A stretch of DNA of 59,440 nucleotides, from assembly GCA_045632065.1 (NCBI GenBank), contig JAZQWA010000087.1:1-59440 (forward strand). Direction: 5' to 3'. Every line of letters begins with the position of its first letter. Positions within the stretch are counted from its first letter, which is position 1. The stretch is from Eubacteriales bacterium. Its GTDB lineage: Bacteria > Bacillota > Clostridia > Oscillospirales > CAG-272. The position numbers and the translations under genes were made by a program. Positions 36,994 through 46,188 of the stretch are shown here, piece by piece. Below the pieces are notes generated by a model. The model made no database searches, had not been told where the DNA came from, and saw only the letters and a program-made list of their open reading frames with translations.

Positions 36994-38085
36994 ATGGAAA
37001 AAAGAAAAAATAAATTTTTTTCATTCTTTTCGATTGCTTCAATCGCAGTTTTTTTGCTCACTATTGGAGTGTATCTCTTCTCATTATCCTCTTATGAAAA
37101 TGCCGACATTATAAACGAGGGTATCTCACACTCCTTCAGAAGTCTGCTTGCAGATGTTACGGGTATAGTTGATTTCTCGCTTTTTGAGATTTTGATAATA
37201 TCGTTGCCTGCAATAATAGCCATCGTAGTCTTTTTATCGGTAAAAAGCTTCAAGGAGCGTGGCAGGGCTTTGCGATTTTTGGTAAATTTAGCATCTGTGG
37301 CTCTTTTGCTTTTCTCAGGACATATTCTTGCTCTCGGTGTGGGATATAAAGCAACGCCCATAGCCGACAGAATGGAGCTACCCGAGGTTATCGTCACCGA
37401 GCAGGAGCTGTACGACGTCGCATCTATATTGCGAGACGAGATTAACGGCCTTTCCGACGAGGTCAGCCGTAATTCTGACGGAGTATTTGAATCGGGATAC
37501 AGCTATTCCCAGCTTGGCGACCTTATAAATCAATCCTACGGCAACCTTACTAAAATTTACGACCTTCCGCCGTCGCACAACGGCAGGGCAAAGGGCATAA
37601 AGAACGGCTGGGCAATGTCATATCTCGGCATTACAGGCATTTACACCTCGCTGACAGGCGAGGCAAACGTCAATACCTCATACCCCGATTACGTCACAAT
37701 CTTTACTGCCGCCCACGAAATGTGTCACCAGCGTGGTATTTTGCGTGAAAACGAGGCAAACTTTGTTGCCTATCTCATAACGGCAACCTCTGAGGATATA
37801 AACCTTAGATATAGCGCCGCGCTTAATATGTTCAGCTATATAACCTCTGCGCTTTATAAAACCGATAAGGATAGCTACTACGAATTGTGGAATAGCCTTT
37901 CCGATAGCGCGCGAGACGATTACAGAGCCGCAAGCGAGGTGTCAGAGAAGTACGGAGATACAATTTTTGAGAAAATATCAGATTGGGTGAACAATTTGTA
38001 CCTCGAGAGCAGCGGAGACCAAGGAATAATCAGCTACTCCAAGGTTGTAGAGCTCACCCTGGCATATTACAAAAACAAAAAGTAA
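36994..38085 (+). CDS. DUF3810-like membrane protein with HEXXH zinc motif
   Basis: 3 N-terminal TM segments; FSLFE, GITGIY..TGEANVN, AHEMCHQRG..RENEANF, RYS. Confidence 0.8.
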   Translation: MEKRKNKFFSFFSIASIAVFLLTIGVYLFSLSSYENADIINEGISHSFRSLLADVTGIVDFSLFEILIISLPAIIAIVVFLSVKSFKERGRALRFLVNLASVALLLFSGHILALGVGYKATPIADRMELPEVIVTEQELYDVASILRDEINGLSDEVSRNSDGVFESGYSYSQLGDLINQSYGNLTKIYDLPPSHNGRAKGIKNGWAMSYLGITGIYTSLTGEANVNTSYPDYVTIFTAAHEMCHQRGILRENEANFVAYLITATSEDINLRYSAALNMFSYITSALYKTDKDSYYELWNSLSDSARDDYRAASEVSEKYGDTIFEKISDWVNNLYLESSGDQGIISYSKVVELTLAYYKNKK

Positions 38086-38138
38086 CCCCTAAAAGCGCTT
38101 CCGAATAAGATATACTAATTATCTTTTCGGGAGTGCGT

Positions 38139-39365
38139 ATGAAGAAAATCATAGTAAACGGCCCTGCAAGGCTTCGGGGCGGTGTAAAAATAGGCGGCTC
38201 GAAAAATGCCGCATTGCCCATTCTGTTTGCCTGTATAATTGCCGAGGGAGTCTCGGAAATTGAGGGATTGCCCGATATCGGTGACGTAAGGGTTGCTATG
38301 GAAATTCTTACCGATATGGGCGCTGAAATTACTCAGAACAGTGGCATAACCTACGTGGATTCGAGAAATATGCATTACCACGCGCCAAGGGAAGAGCTTA
38401 TTTCCAAAATCCGAGCCTCGACCTATCTTATAGGCGCCTGCCTTGGCAGGTTTGGCAGATGCCTTTTGCAGAGCTATGGCGGCTGTAACTTTTCCCATCG
38501 TCCCATAGATATGCACCTTTATGCCACTCAGGCGCTTGGGGCAGATAAAAACGGCGACCTCTTATGCGCAGGTAAGCTTACAGGAGCAGAAATTTCATTT
38601 GATAAGGCATCTGTTGGCGCAACGGTGAACTCTATTTTGCTTTCAGCGACTGCCGAGGGTAAAACACGAATTCGGGGCGTAGCAAGAGAGCCTCATATTG
38701 ATTGCCTTATCGATTTTCTCACATCCTGCGGGGCGGAGATACATAAAACCGATGATGAAATTACAGTGGTTGGCAAAAGACTGCATGGCGGTAAAATAAA
38801 AATTATTCCCGACATGATTGAAGCAGGCAGCTATCTTACCCTGGGGCTTTTGCCTGATGCAGAAGTCGAGGTGGCAGAACTTCCAATCGATGATATGCTC
38901 TCGATTTTTGATGCCCTTCGGCGTTTTGGAGCAGAAATCAGTATAAATGATAATCGCGCCTGCCCTCATGTGCATAAACCGAAAGCCTTTTCGGTAAATG
39001 CTATGCCGTACCCAGCATTTCCCACCGATCTTCAGCCGATAATTGCGCCCCTTATGGCAATTTACCGTGGCGGTGAAATTACCGACGAGGTCTGGAGTGA
39101 TAGATTCGGCTATCTCAAAACGCTTTCTGCATTCGGAGTCAAATATAGCCTCTGTGGCAATACGGCCAAAATATATCCGTCAAAAATTTTTCCCGCAAGC
39201 GTTACAGCGCCCGACCTTCGAGGCGGTATGGCGTGCATTATTGCCGCACTTACGGCAAAGGGGCAGAGTGAGATACGCTCGGCTGAAATCGTTTTACGTG
39301 GATATGAAGATTTAGTTAAAAAATTAGGCGCTCTTGGCGCCGACATTGAAATAAAGGAGACCTAA
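38139..39365 (+). CDS. murA: UDP-N-acetylglucosamine 1-carboxyvinyltransferase
   Basis: GSKNAALP, RAS, GGC....RPIDMH, SVGAT, AREP, PDMIEAG, FPTDLQP, DLRGG, RGYE. Confidence 0.93.
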   Translation: MKKIIVNGPARLRGGVKIGGSKNAALPILFACIIAEGVSEIEGLPDIGDVRVAMEILTDMGAEITQNSGITYVDSRNMHYHAPREELISKIRASTYLIGACLGRFGRCLLQSYGGCNFSHRPIDMHLYATQALGADKNGDLLCAGKLTGAEISFDKASVGATVNSILLSATAEGKTRIRGVAREPHIDCLIDFLTSCGAEIHKTDDEITVVGKRLHGGKIKIIPDMIEAGSYLTLGLLPDAEVEVAELPIDDMLSIFDALRRFGAEISINDNRACPHVHKPKAFSVNAMPYPAFPTDLQPIIAPLMAIYRGGEITDEVWSDRFGYLKTLSAFGVKYSLCGNTAKIYPSKIFPASVTAPDLRGGMACIIAALTAKGQSEIRSAEIVLRGYEDLVKKLGALGADIEIKET

Positions 39366-39366
39366 A

Positions 39367-40197
39367 ATGAAAAGAATTGTAACAATCCAGGACATTTCCT
39401 GCGTTGGAAGATGCTCGCTCACCGTAGCCCTGCCCATCATTTCGGCAGCAGGCGTAGAAACAGGTGTAATTCCTACGGCAGTGCTTTCCACGCATACTAT
39501 GTTCCCCAAGTTCACCTTCTGTGACCTTACCGGTGAGATTGAGAAAATCTCAAAAACCTTCACCGAGCTTGACATTGACTTTGATGCCATTTATACAGGC
39601 TATCTCGGTTCGTTTGAGCAGTTATCTCTTGTGTCTGACCTGTTTGACCGTCATAAGAGCGATAAGTGCCAGATAATCGTTGATCCCTGCATGGCAGATA
39701 ACGGCAAGCTTTATCCCGGCTTCAGCCCCGAGTTTGCCAAGGCTATGGCTGGCCTCACCGCAAAAGCTGATTTGATTATCCCCAACCTCACCGAAGCCTG
39801 CTTTATGCTGGATATTCCGTTCCCCGAGAGCTACGACGAGGCGTTTATCCGTGACGTGCTCAAAAGGCTCACAGGCCTCGGCGCAAAGCGCGCAGCCCTC
39901 ACAGGCATCACATTTGATAAATCCAAGCTCGGCGTGTATTCCTACGATAGCACCACAGACAGCTATTTCTCATACTACAACGACTATATGCCCGTGGCAT
40001 ACCACGGCACAGGCGACATTTTTGCCTCTGCCACCGTTGGCGCAATGATGAGAGGACATAGCGTAGAAAGCGCCCTTGCAGTAGCAGTGGATTTCACCCT
40101 CGAATGTATCAAGCTCACCATGGCAGACGAAAACCGCCGTACATACGGAGTGAATTTCGAGGAGGCTCTGCCTTTCTATATCGAAAGACTGAAATAA
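39367..40197 (+). CDS. pdxK: Pyridoxal/pyridoxamine kinase
   Basis: QDISCVGRCSL, PTAVLSTHT, YTGYLG, DPCMAD, PNLTEA, HGTGDIFAS. Confidence 0.9.
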   Translation: MKRIVTIQDISCVGRCSLTVALPIISAAGVETGVIPTAVLSTHTMFPKFTFCDLTGEIEKISKTFTELDIDFDAIYTGYLGSFEQLSLVSDLFDRHKSDKCQIIVDPCMADNGKLYPGFSPEFAKAMAGLTAKADLIIPNLTEACFMLDIPFPESYDEAFIRDVLKRLTGLGAKRAALTGITFDKSKLGVYSYDSTTDSYFSYYNDYMPVAYHGTGDIFASATVGAMMRGHSVESALAVAVDFTLECIKLTMADENRRTYGVNFEEALPFYIERLK

Positions 40198-40201
40198 ATG
40201 C

Positions 40202-40235
40202 AATAAAAAATGCGGCATTTGCCGCATTTTTTATT
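40202..40235. terminator. Bidirectional intrinsic terminator
   Basis: AATAAAAAATGCGGCA-tt-TGCCGCATTTTTTATT between convergent genes. Confidence 0.85.
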
Positions 40236-40632
40236 TTCTATGCTTTCTGCGCTTTTTCTCCCTCGAGCCTAAAAAGGCGGAGAATAAAGCTATGCCCATA
40301 TAACATCCGTAATTCATTAAAGCGCTGCCGCTGACCTTGCCGCCAATGATAATGCAAACTACAAGCATAATCAGCGCTACCGAAAACGCAACGATGGCGG
40401 GTAAGAAAATGTTTTTCTGCTTATTGAATTTTGCCCCAAACACACCGCAAAAGACTCCCGAAAGCACCAGAGCAACGAGCGAGAGTATATCGGTAAGTCC
40501 TCCCGGATTTTCAGTTAGGGAGGCAACGAGAGCCATAACGAAAGAGAAGATCAGCATAGTAAGAGCAGACGCCCCAAGGCAGATAAAATAGCTCGCAATC
40601 GGGCTATCGATTTTTTTAAATCTTTTAGTCAT
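40231..40632 (-). CDS. Small 4-TM membrane protein (TIGR04086/YrzE-like)
   Basis: Four hydrophobic helices, basic C-terminus, position downstream of yajC; ATG 40632 follows GGAGG. Confidence 0.7.
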   Translation of the reverse strand: MTKRFKKIDSPIASYFICLGASALTMLIFSFVMALVASLTENPGGLTDILSLVALVLSGVFCGVFGAKFNKQKNIFLPAIVAFSVALIMLVVCIIIGGKVSGSALMNYGCYMGIALFSAFLGSREKKRRKHRK

Positions 40633-40633
40633 A

Positions 40634-40678
40634 GAAAAAACCTCCGAACAAGTCCTAAATAAGACTATTCGGAGGTTT
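40634..40678 (-). terminator. Terminator of yajC overlapping the RBS of the next gene
   Basis: AAACCTCCGAA...TTCGGAGGTTT stem then T tract; the GGAGG in the 3' arm is the downstream RBS. Confidence 0.65.
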
Positions 40679-40693
40679 GTCTTTTTATGACAA

Positions 40694-41116
40694 TTACTTT
40701 TTCTTACCGAAAAGCGATTTCTTCTTAGCTGGAGCCTCAGCCTCTGCCTTTTCCTCGGTAGCGTCTGCTTCCTTGGTTTCAATAGCCGCAGCAGTTACGT
40801 CAGCAATTCTCACGTCAACGCTTCTGATAGCGCCCTTAAGGAATCTGATGTGAGTTTTTTCCTTGGTGGTCTCGAGAACGAAGGTCTCATCCTTGATGGA
40901 AACAACCTTACCGATGATACCGCCGATAGTAGTAACCTCGTCGCCAACCTGAAGGGAATCACGCATATCCTGCGCTTCCTGATCTCTCTTCTTCTGAGAG
41001 CGGGATGTCCACCAGAACATACCAATAATCAGCGCAAAGGGAACAATCCAAATAAGAATGTCCATAGGACCGCTCTGAGGCGCTGTTGATTCAAGCATGA
41101 AAGATAAATTATTCAT
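40694..41116 (-). CDS. yajC: Preprotein translocase subunit YajC
   Basis: One TM helix, QKKR, LQVGDEVTTIGGIIGKV; upstream TTGAAA-17-TATAAT (41176-41148). Confidence 0.93.
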   Translation of the reverse strand: MNNLSFMLESTAPQSGPMDILIWIVPFALIIGMFWWTSRSQKKRDQEAQDMRDSLQVGDEVTTIGGIIGKVVSIKDETFVLETTKEKTHIRFLKGAIRSVDVRIADVTAAAIETKEADATEEKAEAEAPAKKKSLFGKKK

Positions 41117-41207
41117 TTAAATACTCCTAATTTTTTAATACACGTATATTATACACTGTAAATTTGAACATTTCAAGAATAAATCAAAATTTTACCAATT
41201 TTTTAGT

Positions 41208-44200
41208 TTATTCCTCTTCGCCCTCGCCATCATTAGACAAGGCAGCCTTGCTTATCGCCTTAGGCGGCTTGCCGCTGGTGCGATTTTTTTCAGCAACGTT
41301 AACTATTGAACGAACAACCCTCGCAGGTGAGAGCCACCAGTCACGGCACCAGACTCTTATAATGGTCCAGCCTCTCTGCTCGAGGAACTTGGGCTTGTAA
41401 ACGTCGCGCTCCATAGCCGATTCCGAACCCGCGAAGGCATCCTTGTCAAGCTCAACACCAACAAGATACTTGTCGGTGGTGTCATCGTAAACCGCAAGGG
41501 AAATACGGCTGTTCTTGTTTCCAAGACCAATATCCACCTTGTAGCCAAGCTTTTCAAGTCTTTCCTTCATCTGCTCCTCGATGGTGGGCGCAGAGGTGAG
41601 AATAAGGCTCTCAGCTTCCGCCTCATCAGGAGAAAGTCCACGAAGAATTGCTCTGGCATGCTCCTTGTCACCGTCTGAAACAGCGCGCACGTAAGCAAGA
41701 TATTCACGAAGAAGCTTGGGACCTTGGTTTTTCGAAGTGTCAACCTTAAGCTCCTCAGGCTCAATACTCGTTACAACGATAATCTTAGTTTTCGCTCTTG
41801 TAATAGCAACGTTAAGGCGGTTTTCACCACCGTCAGCCGAAAGAGAGCCGAAGTTGGTATAAACTCTGCCTTGCTCGTTTTGCGCATAGCCGATAGAGAA
41901 GATAATAATATCTCTCTCATCGCCCTGCACGTTTTCAAGGTTCTTAATAAACAGACCCGTATCCTCGCCGCCGTCATTTCTCATACGCTCGTTGGTTACA
42001 GCGCTACGGAATGACGAGTCAACCTTTGCCGCAGCGTCAATGGCGTCGGCAATACAAGCCTGCTGCTCGCTGTTGAAGGTGATAATACCAATGCTTTCAT
42101 TGTTCTTTCTCGTAGCAAAAATGTCCTTGATAATATCAACAACCTTTTTTGCCTCTACAATGTTCTTTCTGTCAATCCACCTGCCGTCAACCTTGTATCT
42201 TTCGATGGGACGAAGGTTTTTGCCTGTATAAATGTTAGGCGCAACCTGAAGATTTGACGAATAGAATGCGCAGTTAGAGAAATCAATAAGCTCTTGATGA
42301 CGGCTTCTGTAATGGTAGGTCAGATTTGCACTGGTGTATCTCGCAACTGCAAGGTCGAGAAGGCTCTCAACCTCAAGCGCCGCCTGCACCGAGGGGTCCT
42401 CAAGCGTTTCGGGGTCAGCGCCGAGATAACGCTTCATAAATGTAGCCGAGGGACGAAGCTGCTTTGCATCACCCGCAACTACGATATTCTTACCGCGGTA
42501 TATTGTGGGAATAGTGCTCTCAATAAATACCTGAGATGCCTCGTCGAAGATAACTACGTCAAAGAGGTTCTTCTGAAGAGGAAGCAGGGTAGACACGTTT
42601 TCGGGAGAGAGAAGCCAGCAGGGGAACAGCGAGAAGATAAAGCTGCCGTAAACCTCCATAGACTTTCTGATAGGCCAGAAATTCTTGTCCTTGGAAATCT
42701 GGTAGAGGTAGTCCTTGCCGTTCTCTGCGCCCTCGTAAATTGCAGAATAATCCTTGCTTGCCTTCGCCTGACAAATCTTGTGAGAAACGCCAAGCTGAGC
42801 CTCCTTGAGCTTATAAATACGAGCCGAAATGTTGGGATAATCCACAATTTTCGCAAGCTCATTCTTGCATTTGTCCTCAATAACCGTCAGCTCGTGATAC
42901 ATACGAATCACAGGGAGCTTGTCGAGTATATCAACGTAGTTTGCATAGTTCTTGCTGGTAACGTATGCAAAGTTGAGAATAGCAAGCATGTTCTTGTCAA
43001 GCGTGCCGATAAGCCTGCTTACGTCGCGATAGGCGATGTAATTGTCAAGCACCTCGTGCACAAGCTTGATATAAGAGGTGTTACCTCTTAAAATATTGTC
43101 AATAACGGCAATATAGCCGTCCTTGGTCATAACTCTGAGAAGACAGTCGTATTCCTTGACGTACTCACCGATTGCCGCCATTGTTTCCTTAAGCTTTTCT
43201 TCCATATCCTTCGACTTAGCGCCAAGGAATATGGATGTGGGGTTTTCAAGTCTGCTTTCCATTTTAGCAAGAGCGTGCATGGAAGCAGGATTTTCAAGCA
43301 GGACATAGTGAGCCAGCACCTGTCTTGTGTAGGGATATTTCGAAATGTCAAAATAACCCTTGCGCGACTTCTGAATATACGTCAGCTCGCCCTTAACGTC
43401 AGCAAGCGTGGGAATATCAATGTTGTCGAGCATGCTGTCTATGAGAGGGTTCTTTTCCTTTGCCAAAACAAAGGTGTGATAGGTTTCAGCAAGATTGTTT
43501 GCCTTTATTGCAAACAAAGCATCCGCCATTTCCTTGTAGTTCATCGAAAGAACCGCCTTGGAATTAAGCAATGAAAGGTATGCCGCGTATTCTGCCGAAT
43601 TTTTCGGAAGCATATAAGATGATGAGTACATCTCCGAGAGGGAAAGCCCAAACGAGCGCTTGTCATTAAGGATGTGACAAATCTCGTTAAGCGTTCTTTC
43701 CTCGCCGTCAATCCTTGCCTGAAGGGAATTGTACTCCTCAAGTAGCGCCTCAATGTTGGTGTGCTTGGTTACGTCGTTTTTCTGATGCGCCGCATAACAG
43801 CGCTCATAGAACTGACGCTTTTCCTTGCCCTCATCGTTTAAGTACATCGCCTTTTCGTTGAGATGTCCGAGACGTGAGTAAACTACGTCAAGCGCAGCCT
43901 TCTTCTGCGAAACTACAAGCACCTTTTTGTTTTTGCTTAATGCGTCGGTGATAATGTTTACTATGGTCTGTGATTTACCTGTGCCGGGAGGGCCGTAAAT
44001 AACCATATTTCCCATTTCATCGACCTTCTTAACAACCTCGGACTGCGCATAGTCAAGCATTTTTACGATATAGCTTGCCTTGGTAACCGTTCTTCTGGCG
44101 CGCAGCTTCTTGTTGTTGCGAAGCTTATGGATAACGATAGCGCGTTTCTTTGCAAACTTACCGCCTGTACGAAGCAGCTCGTCGATTGCATCGTTGGTGA

Positions 44201-45071
44201 GCTTCTTTCTTTCAAGGACCGAATAATCGTTATAGACAGAGTTGGATATAGGGAATCTGCCCAGTACCGCCGCATAGCGAACTGAAAGGTCACCCTTTGT
44301 GGGGTCGGGCTCCTTGAATCTTGAGTAATTGTAAATCTTCTTTGACGAGTTAGCGTCGATTTTTATTCTCGCATCGCCAAGATGATTGATAATAGAAAGC
44401 ACGCTTCTGAATGCCGAAAGGTCGTCGAATTCAAGCTCAAGATTATCAATATTCATCTTTTTAGACTGCGCGTATGCGAAAATCAAAGCCTTGTTAATCT
44501 GAATCTTCTCGGCGCTGTTAATTCGAATTTCAACGGTCTCGTCGTCCTCAATGTCAATCTTGACAGGGAAGAGAAGCAGAGGCGCTTTTATAAGAGTTCG
44601 CGACGGTCCCTGTTGAATAGAGCCGAAAACAAAGGGATATCCAATGTAAAGCTCGTATTTACCCGTCTCACGCTCGATTTCCTCAACCTCACGCTTAAGC
44701 TCTTTGACCTTGGCAACCTCGGTATCATAAAGCTTGTTTTCGTCAGAAGCAATCTGCCTTGCGCGCTTCTTCTTCGCCTTTTCGCGCTCCTCTGGAGTGT
44801 CGGTGTAGCTGACAGGCTCCTCGGGCGCAGGCTCATAGCCGAGATTCTCTATTAATTCACGTTTTTCATCCTTGGAAATAAGGGTGAGCGGCTCCTTGCC
44901 GCCGTACCATAAAAAGTCTATAAGCTGGGCAACCTTGTCCTCGCGGCTCTCGAAAATCTTTCCGATATCGTAGGCGCTTTTACGGACAACGTTCTTTAAA
45001 TAAAGGCATTTATTTTTTCCGCCTATCTCAATAAGGCGTTCTTTGTAGTAAGTATAAATACTCTTGCCCAT
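41208..45071 (-). CDS. DUF4011-like / superfamily 1 (Upf1/Dna2-like) helicase / C-terminal Vsr-like endonuclease domain protein
   Basis: N-terminal YKERLIEIG..N.CL, LYIGYPF, APLLLFPV; Walker A GPPGTGKS; VVSQKKAAL; FDVVIFDEASQ; VAGDAKQLRP; HYRS; IITFN; NVQGDERD; RLNVAITRA; C-terminal VGVELD, ERD, GWTIIRVW. ATG 45071 follows GGAG. Confidence 0.87.
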   Translation of the reverse strand: MGKSIYTYYKERLIEIGGKNKCLYLKNVVRKSAYDIGKIFESREDKVAQLIDFLWYGGKEPLTLISKDEKRELIENLGYEPAPEEPVSYTDTPEEREKAKKKRARQIASDENKLYDTEVAKVKELKREVEEIERETGKYELYIGYPFVFGSIQQGPSRTLIKAPLLLFPVKIDIEDDETVEIRINSAEKIQINKALIFAYAQSKKMNIDNLELEFDDLSAFRSVLSIINHLGDARIKIDANSSKKIYNYSRFKEPDPTKGDLSVRYAAVLGRFPISNSVYNDYSVLERKKLTNDAIDELLRTGGKFAKKRAIVIHKLRNNKKLRARRTVTKASYIVKMLDYAQSEVVKKVDEMGNMVIYGPPGTGKSQTIVNIITDALSKNKKVLVVSQKKAALDVVYSRLGHLNEKAMYLNDEGKEKRQFYERCYAAHQKNDVTKHTNIEALLEEYNSLQARIDGEERTLNEICHILNDKRSFGLSLSEMYSSSYMLPKNSAEYAAYLSLLNSKAVLSMNYKEMADALFAIKANNLAETYHTFVLAKEKNPLIDSMLDNIDIPTLADVKGELTYIQKSRKGYFDISKYPYTRQVLAHYVLLENPASMHALAKMESRLENPTSIFLGAKSKDMEEKLKETMAAIGEYVKEYDCLLRVMTKDGYIAVIDNILRGNTSYIKLVHEVLDNYIAYRDVSRLIGTLDKNMLAILNFAYVTSKNYANYVDILDKLPVIRMYHELTVIEDKCKNELAKIVDYPNISARIYKLKEAQLGVSHKICQAKASKDYSAIYEGAENGKDYLYQISKDKNFWPIRKSMEVYGSFIFSLFPCWLLSPENVSTLLPLQKNLFDVVIFDEASQVFIESTIPTIYRGKNIVVAGDAKQLRPSATFMKRYLGADPETLEDPSVQAALEVESLLDLAVARYTSANLTYHYRSRHQELIDFSNCAFYSSNLQVAPNIYTGKNLRPIERYKVDGRWIDRKNIVEAKKVVDIIKDIFATRKNNESIGIITFNSEQQACIADAIDAAAKVDSSFRSAVTNERMRNDGGEDTGLFIKNLENVQGDERDIIIFSIGYAQNEQGRVYTNFGSLSADGGENRLNVAITRAKTKIIVVTSIEPEELKVDTSKNQGPKLLREYLAYVRAVSDGDKEHARAILRGLSPDEAEAESLILTSAPTIEEQMKERLEKLGYKVDIGLGNKNSRISLAVYDDTTDKYLVGVELDKDAFAGSESAMERDVYKPKFLEQRGWTIIRVWCRDWWLSPARVVRSIVNVAEKNRTSGKPPKAISKAALSNDGEGEEE

Positions 45072-45277
45072 TGCCAAACTCCTGTATAAAATGCAAATTT
45101 TTACAAGTAAAATTATACCACAGTATTTCCAAAAAATCAACATAAAACCCATTTATTTAGGTAATTTTCTAAAAAATATTTTTAACCCTTGTAAAATACA
45201 AACTTGTATGGTAAAATGAATAAAACAAGCCCGAAATCATAGTATGATAAAAGAGAAATCCAAACAGGAGATTTGAC

Positions 45278-46129
45278 ATGGCGGAAAGAGAAAAAATCGA
45301 TAGACTTTTGAGCGCGCTTGATGATATTGATAAAAGCAGAGAGGGATATTTCACCAAGCATACCGTGATGGTGCCCACAAGGGAAGAAATTGTCGGTATA
45401 ATTGAAAATATGCAGAAGCTGATGTTTCCCGATTATTTCACTCGCTGCGATAAAAGCAAGGAGTGCAGGGGAAAGCTTGCTGAAGGGCTTTTTTTAGACC
45501 TGAAAAGGCAGATTACAGCATCATATTCCTTCTACGGTGAGGATATGGTGGTTAATACCGAGGAACTTGCATACGAAATTATGGAGGAAATTCCTAAAAT
45601 AAAAGAAAAGCTCTTAAAGGACGTAGAGGCGATATACGACGGTGACCCCGCGGCTCGCTCGCCTGAGGAAATTATACTTTGTTATCCAGGATTTTTCGCA
45701 ATATCCATATACCGTATCGCACATGCGTTTTACGAAAGAAATATTCCTTATATTTCAAGAATGATGACTGAATATGCTCACGAAAAAACGGGAATTGACA
45801 TTCACGCAGGCGCGAAAATAGGTGAATATTTCTTTATAGACCACGGCACGGGCATCGTAATCGGTGAAACCACCACAATTGGCTCTCACGTGAAGATTTA
45901 CCAGGGCGTGACCCTTGGCGCAAAGAGCTTTGAGCTTGATTCGGACGGCAATCCCATTAAGGGAATCAAGCGCCACCCCGACATTGGCAACAACTGTGTA
46001 ATATATGCAAACGCTACTATTCTTGGCGGCCAGACTAAAATCGGCGACGGCTGCATTATAGGCGGAAACGTGTGGCTTACCCGCTCGGTGTCACCCGGCG
46101 AAAAGGTGTATTATAACGTTAAAATGTAA
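45278..46129 (+). CDS. cysE: Serine O-acetyltransferase (EpsC-like long form)
   Basis: GDPAA, YPG, YRIAH, TGIDIHAGA, IDHGTGIVIGET, YQGVTLG, KRHP. Confidence 0.9.
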   Translation: MAEREKIDRLLSALDDIDKSREGYFTKHTVMVPTREEIVGIIENMQKLMFPDYFTRCDKSKECRGKLAEGLFLDLKRQITASYSFYGEDMVVNTEELAYEIMEEIPKIKEKLLKDVEAIYDGDPAARSPEEIILCYPGFFAISIYRIAHAFYERNIPYISRMMTEYAHEKTGIDIHAGAKIGEYFFIDHGTGIVIGETTTIGSHVKIYQGVTLGAKSFELDSDGNPIKGIKRHPDIGNNCVIYANATILGGQTKIGDGCIIGGNVWLTRSVSPGEKVYYNVKM

Positions 46130-46141
46130 ACAATAGGCGAC

Positions 46142-46179
46142 AAAATGCGGCTAAATCTTAAATTTAGCCGCATTTTTTT
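46142..46179. terminator. Bidirectional intrinsic terminator
   Basis: AAAATGCGGCTAAAT...ATTTAGCCGCATTTT between convergent genes. Confidence 0.85.
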
Positions 46180-46188
46180 GTTTGCAAA

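Noticed and set aside
38081..38110. sigmaE-like promoter upstream of murA (GAATAAGAT)
   Set aside because: The -35 match is too weak to support.
40633..40782. N-terminal extensions in the ORF track (also 23054-23110, 31203-31295, 45072-45152, 57087-57161)
   Set aside because: They overlap upstream genes or promoters; better RBS-linked starts lie downstream.
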